From assembly GCA_937907435.1 (NCBI GenBank), contig CALCIA010000137.1, positions 39,212-103,211 of the forward strand: a DNA stretch of 64,000 nt, read 5' to 3'. Numbering within the stretch: the stretch's first letter is position 1; every line of letters begins with the position of its first letter. This DNA comes from an uncultured Actinomycetes bacterium (GTDB lineage Bacteria > Actinomycetota > Thermoleophilia > Solirubrobacterales > 70-9). Shown here in pieces: positions 52,946 to 61,938 of the stretch. Under the pieces are notes generated by a model, which worked only from the letters and a program-made list of their open reading frames with translations, did not search any database and was not told where the DNA came from. Both the position numbers and the translations under genes were made by a program.

Positions 52946-55228
52946 ATGCAGTCCCCCAGCACCCGGGTCCGTGGCCGCAAGCTCGCGGCGGCGCTCGCCG
53001 TCATCCTCGTCGCGCTCGTCTCGGGCGCCTTCGCAGCGATCTCGCCTTCGTCGGCTCTGGCAGGAGAATTCACCATCTCCTCCTGCCAGGCGAACGGCGA
53101 ATTCTCCTCCGGCGCGTTCGAAAACTTCGCCACCAGAGGGATGAAGTGGCGGCGCGCCTGCAATCCACTCGGGCCAGGCCTCCGTGGCCTCGTCACCGCG
53201 AACGTCCCCCGGGAAGGGCACGTGGCGAAGGGCTCACAATCCGCCTTCGTCCTCGAAGCCCCGCCGGAAACGACCTTCTCGAACCTGAAGTGGTCGGGCG
53301 AGGCCCATCGGCGTGACTGCCGGTATGCGTTGCAGCTCTACGCGATCCGGCCCGACGGTAGCTCTGACCCGATCCGCGATGTCATGGCGAACAAGAAGTG
53401 CCCGAAGAGCGCGAAGGCTGCGCAAGGTGCGAGCTGGCCGCGCCCGACCCTTTACGAACTGGGAGGGGCGACCAAGTTGGTACAGCGCGTCGTGTGCATG
53501 GGCGCCCCGACGGTCGAATACTGCTCGGGCAAGGGCCAGAACTACCTCGAGACCTTCACCTCCGAAGCGACGGTGGTCGACGAAACCGCGCCGTCGGTAT
53601 CGGTGAGCGGCGGCGGAGGATTCCTCGCTGGCGAATGGACGGCCGGGACCCAGAGCATCGGTTACGAAGCCTCCGACAACACTGGGGTGAAGCTCGTTCA
53701 AGTGATCGCCGACGGAGGCACGCGTGGGGAATCCGGGAGTCAGTGCGATTACACCCAACGCATCCCCTGCCCGAGCGGGTCGGGTTCGATCAACCTCGAC
53801 ACGACGAAGCTCGGAGAAGGGACCCAGCAGATCGACTTGAAGGCGACCGACGCCGCGGGCAACCAGGCCGAATCGAGCCCGACGACGGTGCGGATTGACA
53901 ACACGCCCCCCGGCGCCGTCCCGGTCGCCGTGGAAGGCGGGGAAGCCTGGCGGAACCATGATGCCTTCGCCGTCGCCTGGGCGAACCCCGACGAAGGAGA
54001 CCGCGCACCGATCGTCGCGGCGCACTGGCGGATCTGCCGGGTGGGGACCCAGGAATGCCAGACCGGCACCACCAACGGTCCCTCCGTTGCGGCGATCGGC
54101 GGACTCGCCGTCCCCGGTCCCGGCGAATGGGAAATCCAGATGTGGCGCCAGGACGCGGCCGGGAACACCCAATCGCAGAACGCCTCGGTGCCGGCCCGGT
54201 TGCGGTTCGATCCCGAACCGCCAGAAGTCGGATTCGAGCCGATCGCGGCCCAGGATCCGACGCGCATCGCGGTCCACCTCGCCGACAAGCTCTCCGGCGT
54301 CGAAGGCGGCGAAATGGAGATGAGCCGGGTCGGATCGGGCGTGTGGCAGCCGCTTTCGAGCACCCTCGAAGGCGACGAACTAGTCACCCGCATCGACGAC
54401 GCGAGCCTGCCGGCGGGCGAATACCAGCTGCGGGCCACCGCCAGCGACCGGGCGGGGAACCAGGCAAGCTCCGAAAGCCGGGTCGACGGCCAGCCGATGA
54501 AAATCAACCTGCCGCTGCGGGTGCCGACGACGGTCGACGCCGCCGTCCTCACTCACCACATAGTGGAAAAGGTCGTCCACCGCCACGGAAAGCGGCACGT
54601 CAAGAAGCACGAAGTAAGCGAAACCGGTTCGCAGGCGACGGTGGAATTCGGCTCGAAGGCGGAATTTTCTGGACACCTTCTCGACAAGTCCGGGAACCCG
54701 ATTGCCGGCGCTTCGGTCGCGGTCTGGCAGGCCATCCCGGAACAGCAGGGCGAAACCCAGGTCGCGACTCTCACGACCGGCTCCGACGGCGGCTTCAGCT
54801 ACGGAGTCACCCCGGAATCGTCGCGGCACCTGCGCTTCGTCTACTCGGGTACGCCGACCAGCCTGCCCGCCGAAGGGAGTGCGGAAGTCCTCGTCCACTC
54901 CGCCAGCACGATCAAGGTCGCGCCGACCCACGTCCTGAACGGCGGCTCGGTCATCTTCAGCGGCGACGTGGAGGGGAGGCCACTCCCGGCCGCGGGAAAG
55001 CTGGTCGAGCTACAGGTCCGCCTCACGCATGAATGGTCGACCTTCCGCACGATCCGAACCGATCCCGAAGGCCGCTGGAGCATCGAATATCCCTTCAAAC
55101 GCACGTGCGGCAAGGAGGAATACAAGTTCCGGGCGAGGCTCCCCGGCGAGGGCGGGTTCCCGCTCGAGCCTGGCCAGAGCCACGTGATCGACGTCATCGT
55201 GAGAGGTAGACCATGTCCGACGGCCTGA
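52946..55228 (+). CDS. large secreted multi-Ig-like-domain protein (unknown function)
   Basis: Signal peptide (AAISPSSALA). Repeated beta-rich modules with D.TAPSVSVSGG / DNTPPGAV / DPEPPEV junctions. Coupled to the sigma gene (TGAagATG). Confidence 0.8.
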   Translation: MQSPSTRVRGRKLAAALAVILVALVSGAFAAISPSSALAGEFTISSCQANGEFSSGAFENFATRGMKWRRACNPLGPGLRGLVTANVPREGHVAKGSQSAFVLEAPPETTFSNLKWSGEAHRRDCRYALQLYAIRPDGSSDPIRDVMANKKCPKSAKAAQGASWPRPTLYELGGATKLVQRVVCMGAPTVEYCSGKGQNYLETFTSEATVVDETAPSVSVSGGGGFLAGEWTAGTQSIGYEASDNTGVKLVQVIADGGTRGESGSQCDYTQRIPCPSGSGSINLDTTKLGEGTQQIDLKATDAAGNQAESSPTTVRIDNTPPGAVPVAVEGGEAWRNHDAFAVAWANPDEGDRAPIVAAHWRICRVGTQECQTGTTNGPSVAAIGGLAVPGPGEWEIQMWRQDAAGNTQSQNASVPARLRFDPEPPEVGFEPIAAQDPTRIAVHLADKLSGVEGGEMEMSRVGSGVWQPLSSTLEGDELVTRIDDASLPAGEYQLRATASDRAGNQASSESRVDGQPMKINLPLRVPTTVDAAVLTHHIVEKVVHRHGKRHVKKHEVSETGSQATVEFGSKAEFSGHLLDKSGNPIAGASVAVWQAIPEQQGETQVATLTTGSDGGFSYGVTPESSRHLRFVYSGTPTSLPAEGSAEVLVHSASTIKVAPTHVLNGGSVIFSGDVEGRPLPAAGKLVELQVRLTHEWSTFRTIRTDPEGRWSIEYPFKRTCGKEEYKFRARLPGEGGFPLEPGQSHVIDVIVRGRPCPTA

Positions 55229-55254
55229 AACCAAGCAGAAGAAGGAGATCGACG

Positions 55255-55857
55255 ATGAAGGCTCGACTACGCCCGCACCTCTCCTACGCGAATGTGATGG
55301 CGACGATCGCGGTGTTCGTCGCGATCGGTGGCACCTCCTACGCCGCGACGAAGCTGTCGGGGAAGGATCTGCGGGCTCACTCATTGACCGCCCGGAACTT
55401 CCACAAGAACTCGGTGACGGGCGCCGCCGTCAGGGAGAGCACCTTGGCGAAGGTCCCGCAGGCCGTTGACGCGGATCACCTCGACGGCGCGACGGCAGAA
55501 ACGTTCCTCGTCCGCTGCCCTGAAGGAACTTTGCCGGCCGACGACACGTGCATCGAAATCTCGGCGCGCCCTCCACTTTCTTTCAGCAGTGCGTTACACG
55601 AATGTGCGAACACGGAAAATCAATCTGGGCCGGGTAGGCGCCTGCCGACCTACGACGAGCTCGCAGCCGCGTTCACGCATTCCGGGATCACCCTCTCCGA
55701 CGGAGGCGAGCTCACGAGTCAGGTCTATCCGTCGACCTCACGGCCAGGTCAGGTCGAAGCGCTCCTGGTGACCACGCCGACCGGCGGCGTCGCCTTGACC
55801 CCGGACAACGCCGTCGATCCGCATTCCTATCGCTGTGCCGTAGACCCGAGGAACTGA
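55255..55857 (+). CDS. membrane-anchored hypothetical protein
   Basis: GAAGGAG SD. MKARLRPHLSYANVMATIAVFVAIGGTSYAA anchor, Cys-containing C-terminal domain. Confidence 0.6.
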   Translation: MKARLRPHLSYANVMATIAVFVAIGGTSYAATKLSGKDLRAHSLTARNFHKNSVTGAAVRESTLAKVPQAVDADHLDGATAETFLVRCPEGTLPADDTCIEISARPPLSFSSALHECANTENQSGPGRRLPTYDELAAAFTHSGITLSDGGELTSQVYPSTSRPGQVEALLVTTPTGGVALTPDNAVDPHSYRCAVDPRN

Positions 55858-55873
55858 ACAGAAGGAGTTCGAT

Positions 55874-56761
55874 ATGCGAAAACCGACCTTCGCGACCGGC
55901 GCCCGCCGAACGCGGACGATCAGGTCGACCGCCGCCCTGATTGGAGCGCTGCTCGTCTTCGGCAGCCTCGCGCCGCCGCTCGCCCTCGCCGAGCACGAAA
56001 GCGACACCGAAGGCGAAGGGACCTCCTCGCCGGGTTCCCTTCCGGGCCTCGAAATCGGGGTCGGCCACGAACTTGGTGGTGATGAAACCGCGCTGTCCGA
56101 AGAATCCGTCGGCCCGGAAGAATCCGAAATCGAAGAAGAAGCTCCGGCGCCTGAAGTCGAGGAAACCGAACTCGAAGGCGTCGAAATCACTCCGACCCCG
56201 GCGGCCGAAACGCCGCCCTCCCCGGAAGCCGAAGTCGTGGTCCCGGTGGAAGAAGTGCCGCCGCCGGTGACGGAGCCGCCGCCTGTCGAAGCGCCTAGCT
56301 ACGGGGTGGAAGCGTCTCCACCGACCTACGAACCCGCGCCGAGCTCACCGTCACCCATCGGCGAAGCGGTGGTCCAGAACGAAACGATCATCGGGCCAAC
56401 GCCGCATCCGCCGACGCTGGCCAAGAAGAGCACGCACCCGACCGCCTCGGCCTCACCCGAGGTCTTGGCCGTACCGGAACCTGCGCCCGCGGTCCCGGCT
56501 GCCCCGGAGCCTTCATCGTCACCGCCGGCCGTGATTCCGGCGGCGGCACCCGACCGCGCGGGCAGTCTCGCCGGCAGGAAGACCCACCTCGTCGCGGCGG
56601 GGGAGTGTCTGTGGACGATCGCGGCGGCGTACCTGCCGCCCGGGGCCTCGAACTCCGAGATCGCAGCCGTGGTCAATCGGCTCTGGCGGCTCAACGCCGG
56701 ACGGATCGGTACCGGCGATCCCGATTCGCTGCCGGTCGGTGTGAAGCTCCGCCTGGCCTAG
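55874..56761 (+). CDS. secreted Pro/Glu-rich protein with C-terminal LysM domain
   Basis: GAAGGAG SD, signal peptide, acidic PE-rich linker. HLVAAGECLWTIAAAYL...IAAVVNRLWRLN...LPVGVKLRL (LysM). Confidence 0.8.
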   Translation: MRKPTFATGARRTRTIRSTAALIGALLVFGSLAPPLALAEHESDTEGEGTSSPGSLPGLEIGVGHELGGDETALSEESVGPEESEIEEEAPAPEVEETELEGVEITPTPAAETPPSPEAEVVVPVEEVPPPVTEPPPVEAPSYGVEASPPTYEPAPSSPSPIGEAVVQNETIIGPTPHPPTLAKKSTHPTASASPEVLAVPEPAPAVPAAPEPSSSPPAVIPAAAPDRAGSLAGRKTHLVAAGECLWTIAAAYLPPGASNSEIAAVVNRLWRLNAGRIGTGDPDSLPVGVKLRLA

Positions 56762-56786
56762 CCCTCGAAAGGTAGGGTCGAGCCAA

Positions 56787-56821
56787 CGCGTGGGACCCGG
56801 CCGGGTCCCACGCGTTTTTTT
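56787..56821 (+). terminator. rho-independent terminator
   Basis: CGCGTGGGACCCggccGGGTCCCACGCG followed by TTTTTTT, 26 nt after the LysM gene stop. Confidence 0.85.
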
Positions 56822-56916
56822 GCGCGCACTTCTCGACCCAAAAGGTTCATAAAGTTCCTTTCGCGAAGTCAGGGGGCCACTTCGGCCTTTCGCGGCTCTG
56901 TCATTGCAGAGGAGCG

Positions 56917-57264
56917 ATGCCGGTCTCGACAAAAAATCAGACAGCCCCGGTCTTGCAGGACCCGGACGACGGTGCGGCCACCATCCGGAACGTCGACGAC
57001 CTCGCCGAGATGCTTCGGGTCCTTGCCGATCCCACCCGCATCCGCCTTATCGAGGCCCTAGAGCGCAACGGCCGCTCGACGGTGAGCGCGCTCGCCTCCC
57101 TGCTGCCGGTGAGTCAGCAGAGCGTCTCGCATCAGCTCGCCATCCTCCGCGGTGCCGGGATCGTGAGCCGCCGCCGAGAAGGCGTCTGGGTCCACTACGA
57201 GTTGCGCGACTGGACCGGACCGTGGGTCCTTCACCAACTCGCCGAAGGTCTCCAGACGAGCTAG
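56917..57264 (+). CDS. ArsR family transcriptional regulator (no obvious metal-ligand Cys)
   Basis: LRVLADPTRIRLIEALERNGRSTVSALASLLPVSQQSVSHQLAILRGAGIVSRRREG. Confidence 0.85.
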   Translation: MPVSTKNQTAPVLQDPDDGAATIRNVDDLAEMLRVLADPTRIRLIEALERNGRSTVSALASLLPVSQQSVSHQLAILRGAGIVSRRREGVWVHYELRDWTGPWVLHQLAEGLQTS

Positions 57265-57501
57265 GGCGTGGCCCGCATGCAGTGCCGGTGCGGGACCGCG
57301 ATGGATACCACCGATCTGCCTCTCTGGCGAGTTGTTTACTGGCGCACCCTGGACGCGAACCGTTCACCTTTGGTGGGCCTGCTCCGGCAAGAGACACAAA
57401 GGGTGATGAGTACGTTTGTGACCAGTTACTGACCTCACGCCTCTGTTCTCCCGACAGCCGTCACGAAGGCGGACACGGAGGACCAGGGAGGTGCGGGTCA
57501 G

Positions 57502-58362
57502 GTGTCATTTCCACGTTTTTCACGAGAGGCAGGAAAGGAGGTCGGGTCCCGTCCGCTGGGCGCTGCACTGCGCCCGGTCGGCCGGGTCGCCCTCTGGGCG
57601 GTCCTCGCGCTCCTGCTGATCCGGGGCGGGGCGGCGGTCCTCGAATCGCCCGAACGCGCCCCCGCGCAGCTCGGCCAAGGCGGCTCGGAAGGACCCGGAC
57701 AGGCGGCCGAAGCGCTCGGGGTCGGCTTCGCCCGGGCCTACCTCGAATCTCCCTCCCCGAAAGATCTTCGGGCCTATCTCGCCGAAGGCGCCCATGTCGG
57801 CGCCGGACACCGGCCCGGCGCCGGCGGCGAGGTGGCCCAGGCGGAGGTGATGAGGAGCGCCAAGGTCGGCAAGAGCCGCTGGGTCCTCACCGTCTCCTGC
57901 GATCTCCGCGACGCGCGCACCCTCGATCTGGCCGTCCCGATCGTCCGTCAGGAGGCGGGCGAGGTGGCGGCCCTGGGCGCGCCCTCCATAGTCGCGGTGC
58001 CGGCACCCGCCGGGGCCGACCCTGAGCGGCCCCGGCCGATCGCCGGAGCCGGTGCCGGCGCGATCGGCGAACTGGTCTCGAAGTTCATCCCGGCCTATGT
58101 CTCGGCCGGCAAGGCCTCGGACCTCTCCTACCTCGTCGCGCCCGGCTCGACGGTGGTGCCCCTCGGGGGCGGCCTCGAAGTCGCCTCGGTCGGGCACGCC
58201 GCCCAGCTCAACGGCTCCGAAGGGCCCGAACGCGACCTCGCCGTCGCCGCCAGCCTCCGGGACCCCGAGACCGGTGCGATCTATCCGTTGACCTATCGCC
58301 TGCTGGCGGTGGAGCGCGCCGGGCGCTGGTACGTCGCCGGCGTCGAGGGGGCGGTCGCATGA
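57502..58362 (+). CDS. TcpC-like conjugal transfer protein
   Basis: N-terminal TM anchor (VALWAVLALLLI). Two similar alpha/beta halves ending ...YRLLAVERAGRWYVAGV. Position is first in the T4SS cluster. Confidence 0.55.
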   Translation: MSFPRFSREAGKEVGSRPLGAALRPVGRVALWAVLALLLIRGGAAVLESPERAPAQLGQGGSEGPGQAAEALGVGFARAYLESPSPKDLRAYLAEGAHVGAGHRPGAGGEVAQAEVMRSAKVGKSRWVLTVSCDLRDARTLDLAVPIVRQEAGEVAALGAPSIVAVPAPAGADPERPRPIAGAGAGAIGELVSKFIPAYVSAGKASDLSYLVAPGSTVVPLGGGLEVASVGHAAQLNGSEGPERDLAVAASLRDPETGAIYPLTYRLLAVERAGRWYVAGVEGAVA

Positions 58363-58667
58363 GGCGCCTCGCACGCATCGCCCTCTCGGCGACGTTCGTC
58401 ATCGCGGCGACGCTGCTGGTGCCCGCCGGGGCGCTCGCGGCCGGGGGCAACTCGGTCGGCTCGAACCTGGCCGGCCTCCTGCGCGAATACGCCGGCGAGC
58501 TCTACACCGGGATCGTCGCGATCTTCGCGCTGTTCTTCCTCGTCAACCGGCGCTTCACCGAGTTGATGATGTTCTTCGTCGCGGCGATCGTCGTCGGCTG
58601 GTTCGTCTTCGCGCCCGGCCAGGTGGCCGACGCGGCGAAAGCCATCGCCCACCAGGTGCTGCCGTGA
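58359..58667 (+). CDS. small pilin-like (VirB2/PrgI-type) membrane protein
   Basis: ATGA overlap. Signal peptide ending ...AGALAAGG plus two hydrophobic helices. 102 aa. Confidence 0.5.
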   Translation: MRRLARIALSATFVIAATLLVPAGALAAGGNSVGSNLAGLLREYAGELYTGIVAIFALFFLVNRRFTELMMFFVAAIVVGWFVFAPGQVADAAKAIAHQVLP

Positions 58668-59368
58668 GCGACGGCCGCACCACCGGGGTCCGCTCCTACC
58701 AGCGGATCTTCTCCCCCGAGCGTCGGATCCACCAGGTGGAGGGCCGGCCGCTGCCGGTCCCCGGCGGGGTGCCGCTGCGATGGCTGGGCTGGATGCTCGG
58801 CTCGCTCGTCGCGGTCCTCGCCGTCGGCTCGGGTTCCCTCTTCGTCCCTGCGGCCACGGCGGTGGCGGCTGGAGCGGGCGGCCTCGCGATCGCAGACAGG
58901 ACCGCCGGGCTCCTCGCCGCCACCGCGGCAGCCGCAGGGACGTTCATCCTCGGGGTGCTCCTGGGGGCGCTCGACTGGCCATTCCGGCTGGTCGTCGTGC
59001 CGATGGCGGTGGCCACCGCCGCCACCCAGGCGACCCCGGACGGTCGTCGGCCGGAGCGCTTCGCCCTCTCATGGGTGGGCCTCCGGCTGGCGCCCGCGCG
59101 GCGCTCGCTGGGCCGTGGCCTGCCCCCCGCGGACGTGCGCCGCAGCTTCGGCCCCGCCATCTGGATCGCGCCCGACGCGAAGGGGCTCCGCCTCCGCCAC
59201 GCGCGCCTCACCGGGCCGGGCTCGGTCGGCTTCGTCGAGCCGGTGATCGTGAAGCGTCGTCGGGGCGGCAACCTCGCCGTCCGGGAACCGGGCCACTTCA
59301 GCCGGCGCTCGCGCCTGTGCCATCGGGTCGTGCTCAAGCCCGGGCAGACCCTGGAGGTCCGACCGTGA
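58664..59368 (+). CDS. TcpE/VirB3-like conjugal transfer membrane protein
   Basis: GTGA overlap. N-terminal SYQRIFSPERRIHQVEGRPLPVPGGVPLRWL followed by TM helices. Confidence 0.5.
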   Translation: MSDGRTTGVRSYQRIFSPERRIHQVEGRPLPVPGGVPLRWLGWMLGSLVAVLAVGSGSLFVPAATAVAAGAGGLAIADRTAGLLAATAAAAGTFILGVLLGALDWPFRLVVVPMAVATAATQATPDGRRPERFALSWVGLRLAPARRSLGRGLPPADVRRSFGPAIWIAPDAKGLRLRHARLTGPGSVGFVEPVIVKRRRGGNLAVREPGHFSRRSRLCHRVVLKPGQTLEVRP

Positions 59369-61938
59369 TCCGCTTCCCCCTGCGCTACGCGCGGGCCAAC
59401 GTCCTGATCGGGCCGGGCGGCGAGGCCGCCGGCCTCTACCGGGTCGAGTCGCGCTCCTATCCGTTCCTCTCGATCGCAGACAAGTGGGGCCTCCTGCACC
59501 GGCTCGAGCGGCTGATCGCCGTGGTCGGAGCGGACCTCTCGATCTACCGGATCGCCCGCCCATATCCGGCCGACCGCTACGCCGCCGAAGTGGCCTGGCT
59601 GGCCGACCGCGAGCACGCCGACCGCGCTCGTTGGCGAGGGTATCTGGAGGCCCAGCAGGAGCGGCTCGCCTCGCTCGACTCCCACCTTCCCGAGATCTAT
59701 CTGGCGATCTCCCTCACCGAGGGTCGCCGCGGCGGCGGTGCGCTGCGCTCGATCGGGCGGGCGCGCCGCCGGCTGGAGGATCTGGCAGGGGTCGGTGTGG
59801 CGAGTCCGATCTCGGGCGCCGAGCTGCGCTCGCTCGCCGAGGCCGAGCGCCGCGCCTTCGGCAGGGCGGCGTCGGTGGTCGAGCTGCGGCGAGCCGGCAC
59901 TGAGGACCTCCAGTGGCTCTTACGCCGCGCCGCCGTCCGCGGGCTCGGCGAGCCCGAGCTCGAACGCCAATGGCAACCCGACGCGCTGATCCTCGGCGAG
60001 GGCGAGGAGGTCCTATACGAGCCGCTTGAATCCGACCTCCGGGAGCCGGTCAACGCGCCGATGCGCGAGGACCCCGGCCGGGCGCCGTCCCTCGTGGTCG
60101 AGTCGGAGGCGGGCGACTCCCACCAGGCCTTTCTCTGCCTCGGCTCGCTGGCCGAGGAGGCGGAGTTCCCCGGCGCCGCGGAGATCCTTTTCGCGCCGCT
60201 CGAAGGGGCGGGGCCGGTCGACGCGGTGCTCCATGCCGATCTGGTCGGGAACCGCGAGGCCCTAGCCCAGGTGCGTCGCCGGGTGCTCGACGTCGAGCAC
60301 TCCTACAGGGAGCAACTCGCGGGCTCGCCGACCGGCCCCGGCGCGCTCGCCGAGGAGGACCGGGAGCTGGCGCGCGAGTACGAGGCGATCCTCTCCTCGG
60401 TGGCGCGGCCGCCGATGTTGCGGGCCTCGATCTCGTTGGCCGTAGGCGCCGCCGACGCCGACACCCTGGAGGCGCGGATAACGACGCTCCGCGAGAGCTA
60501 CGGCGAGGTGGTCCTGCACCGACCGCGGGGTCTCCAGCATGCGCTCTTTCTCGACCATCTGCCGCGGCCCGACGGCGGCGCGGTCTCTGACTACCGCCGC
60601 CAGATGACCACCGAGCAGGTGGCAGCGAGTGTTCCGATCGCGACCGCCGCGGTCGGCTCGCCGGGCGGCGTCTACCTCGGCTACGACCCGGTCGCCGGGC
60701 GCCCGGTCCGCTTCGACCCCACCGAGGCGCCGCGCGACTCGCGCCCCTCGGCCGTCCTCTTCTCGGGCACTCCCGGGTCGGGGAAGACGATCGCCGCCCA
60801 GGTGATCGCCCACGCCGGGCTCCTGCGAGGGAGCCTCGTGATCGATTTCGATCCGAAGCCCGACCACCGGCTCGCCGAGCTGTCCGGTCTGGCGGACGAG
60901 GAGGTCGAGGTCCTCGAGCTCTCCGCCGACCCGGTCCACCGCGGCAAACTCGATCCGCTGCGGATCGGGCTGCCCGAGCTGCGCGAGGAACTGGCGTCCT
61001 CCTATCTGCTGGAGCTGCTCCGCGATCCGCCGTCCTCCTGGGAGGTGGCGATCGACAGGGCGGTCCGCGACGCCGTGCGCGCCGACGAGCGAAGCCTGAG
61101 CCAAGTCGTCGCCCGGATGCGCGAGTCGGAGGCGCCGGGCGCGTCGGACGCCGCCGAGGCCCTCGAGGTGGTCGCCGACTTCGGCCTCGCCCGGCTCGGA
61201 TTCTCCCATCCGGACGGCGCCGAGGTAAAGCTCCTCGATGAGGACGCGGAGGGACGGCCGAGCCTGATCACGATCCGGATGCCGGGCCTGAACCTCCCCG
61301 ACCCGGGTACCGACCGCGCCGCCTACACCCGCAGCGAGAGGGTGTCGGTGGCGACGCTGGCGCTGGTCGCGGCGTCGACCCTGAAGCTGATCTCCGGGGA
61401 CCGCGACCGGCACAAGATCGTCCTGCTCGACGAGGGATGGGTGTTCTTCGCCTCCTCCCAGGGGCGGGCGCTGCTGAACAAACTGATCCGGCTCGGGCGG
61501 GGGTTCAACGCCACCGTCCTGCTGGCGACCCAGAAGGTCGAGGATCTCGGCGAGCTCGCCCAGCTCGTCGGCACCACCTTCCTCTTCGGCCAGGACTCAC
61601 CACGAGCCGCCGCCCGAGGACTCGAGGAGTTCGGCCTCGATCCGGAGGAGGGCGCGCTCGCCTCGCGCCTCACCGAATATCGGCGCGGCCGCGGCCTCCA
61701 GCGCGACCTCGACGGGCGTTGGGGAGAGGTGCAGGTCGACCCGGACCCGGATCTACTCGCCGAACTTGACACCACCCCCGGCCGGAGGTCCCCCCGGAGC
61801 CATGTCTCGGGCGGTCAGGCGGGACGGGCCCGTGGCGAGCACGCGCGAGGTGGACGACCCGCTCGCGGCCGCCCGCGACGCCGGGGCCACGTCGACGACC
61901 CCGGCGAGGGTCGTCCGCGAGAGGAGGCCGAGGCATGA
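59365..61938 (+). CDS. VirB4/TcpF-like conjugative T4SS ATPase
   Basis: GTGA overlap. Walker A GTPGSGKT, Walker B KIVLLDEGW, LLATQKVEDL. N-terminal PLRYARANVLIG...LYRVESRSYPFL. Confidence 0.85.
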   Translation: MIRFPLRYARANVLIGPGGEAAGLYRVESRSYPFLSIADKWGLLHRLERLIAVVGADLSIYRIARPYPADRYAAEVAWLADREHADRARWRGYLEAQQERLASLDSHLPEIYLAISLTEGRRGGGALRSIGRARRRLEDLAGVGVASPISGAELRSLAEAERRAFGRAASVVELRRAGTEDLQWLLRRAAVRGLGEPELERQWQPDALILGEGEEVLYEPLESDLREPVNAPMREDPGRAPSLVVESEAGDSHQAFLCLGSLAEEAEFPGAAEILFAPLEGAGPVDAVLHADLVGNREALAQVRRRVLDVEHSYREQLAGSPTGPGALAEEDRELAREYEAILSSVARPPMLRASISLAVGAADADTLEARITTLRESYGEVVLHRPRGLQHALFLDHLPRPDGGAVSDYRRQMTTEQVAASVPIATAAVGSPGGVYLGYDPVAGRPVRFDPTEAPRDSRPSAVLFSGTPGSGKTIAAQVIAHAGLLRGSLVIDFDPKPDHRLAELSGLADEEVEVLELSADPVHRGKLDPLRIGLPELREELASSYLLELLRDPPSSWEVAIDRAVRDAVRADERSLSQVVARMRESEAPGASDAAEALEVVADFGLARLGFSHPDGAEVKLLDEDAEGRPSLITIRMPGLNLPDPGTDRAAYTRSERVSVATLALVAASTLKLISGDRDRHKIVLLDEGWVFFASSQGRALLNKLIRLGRGFNATVLLATQKVEDLGELAQLVGTTFLFGQDSPRAAARGLEEFGLDPEEGALASRLTEYRRGRGLQRDLDGRWGEVQVDPDPDLLAELDTTPGRRSPRSHVSGGQAGRARGEHARGGRPARGRPRRRGHVDDPGEGRPREEAEA

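Noticed and set aside
57277-57432. 51-codon ORF (MQCRCGTAMDTTDLPLWRVVYW...) in the ArsR/T4SS intergenic region, and a CAGTTACTG mini-palindrome nearby (possible oriT-like).
   Set aside because: There is no SD, no recognisable family and no extended inverted repeats or nick-site consensus that I can identify.
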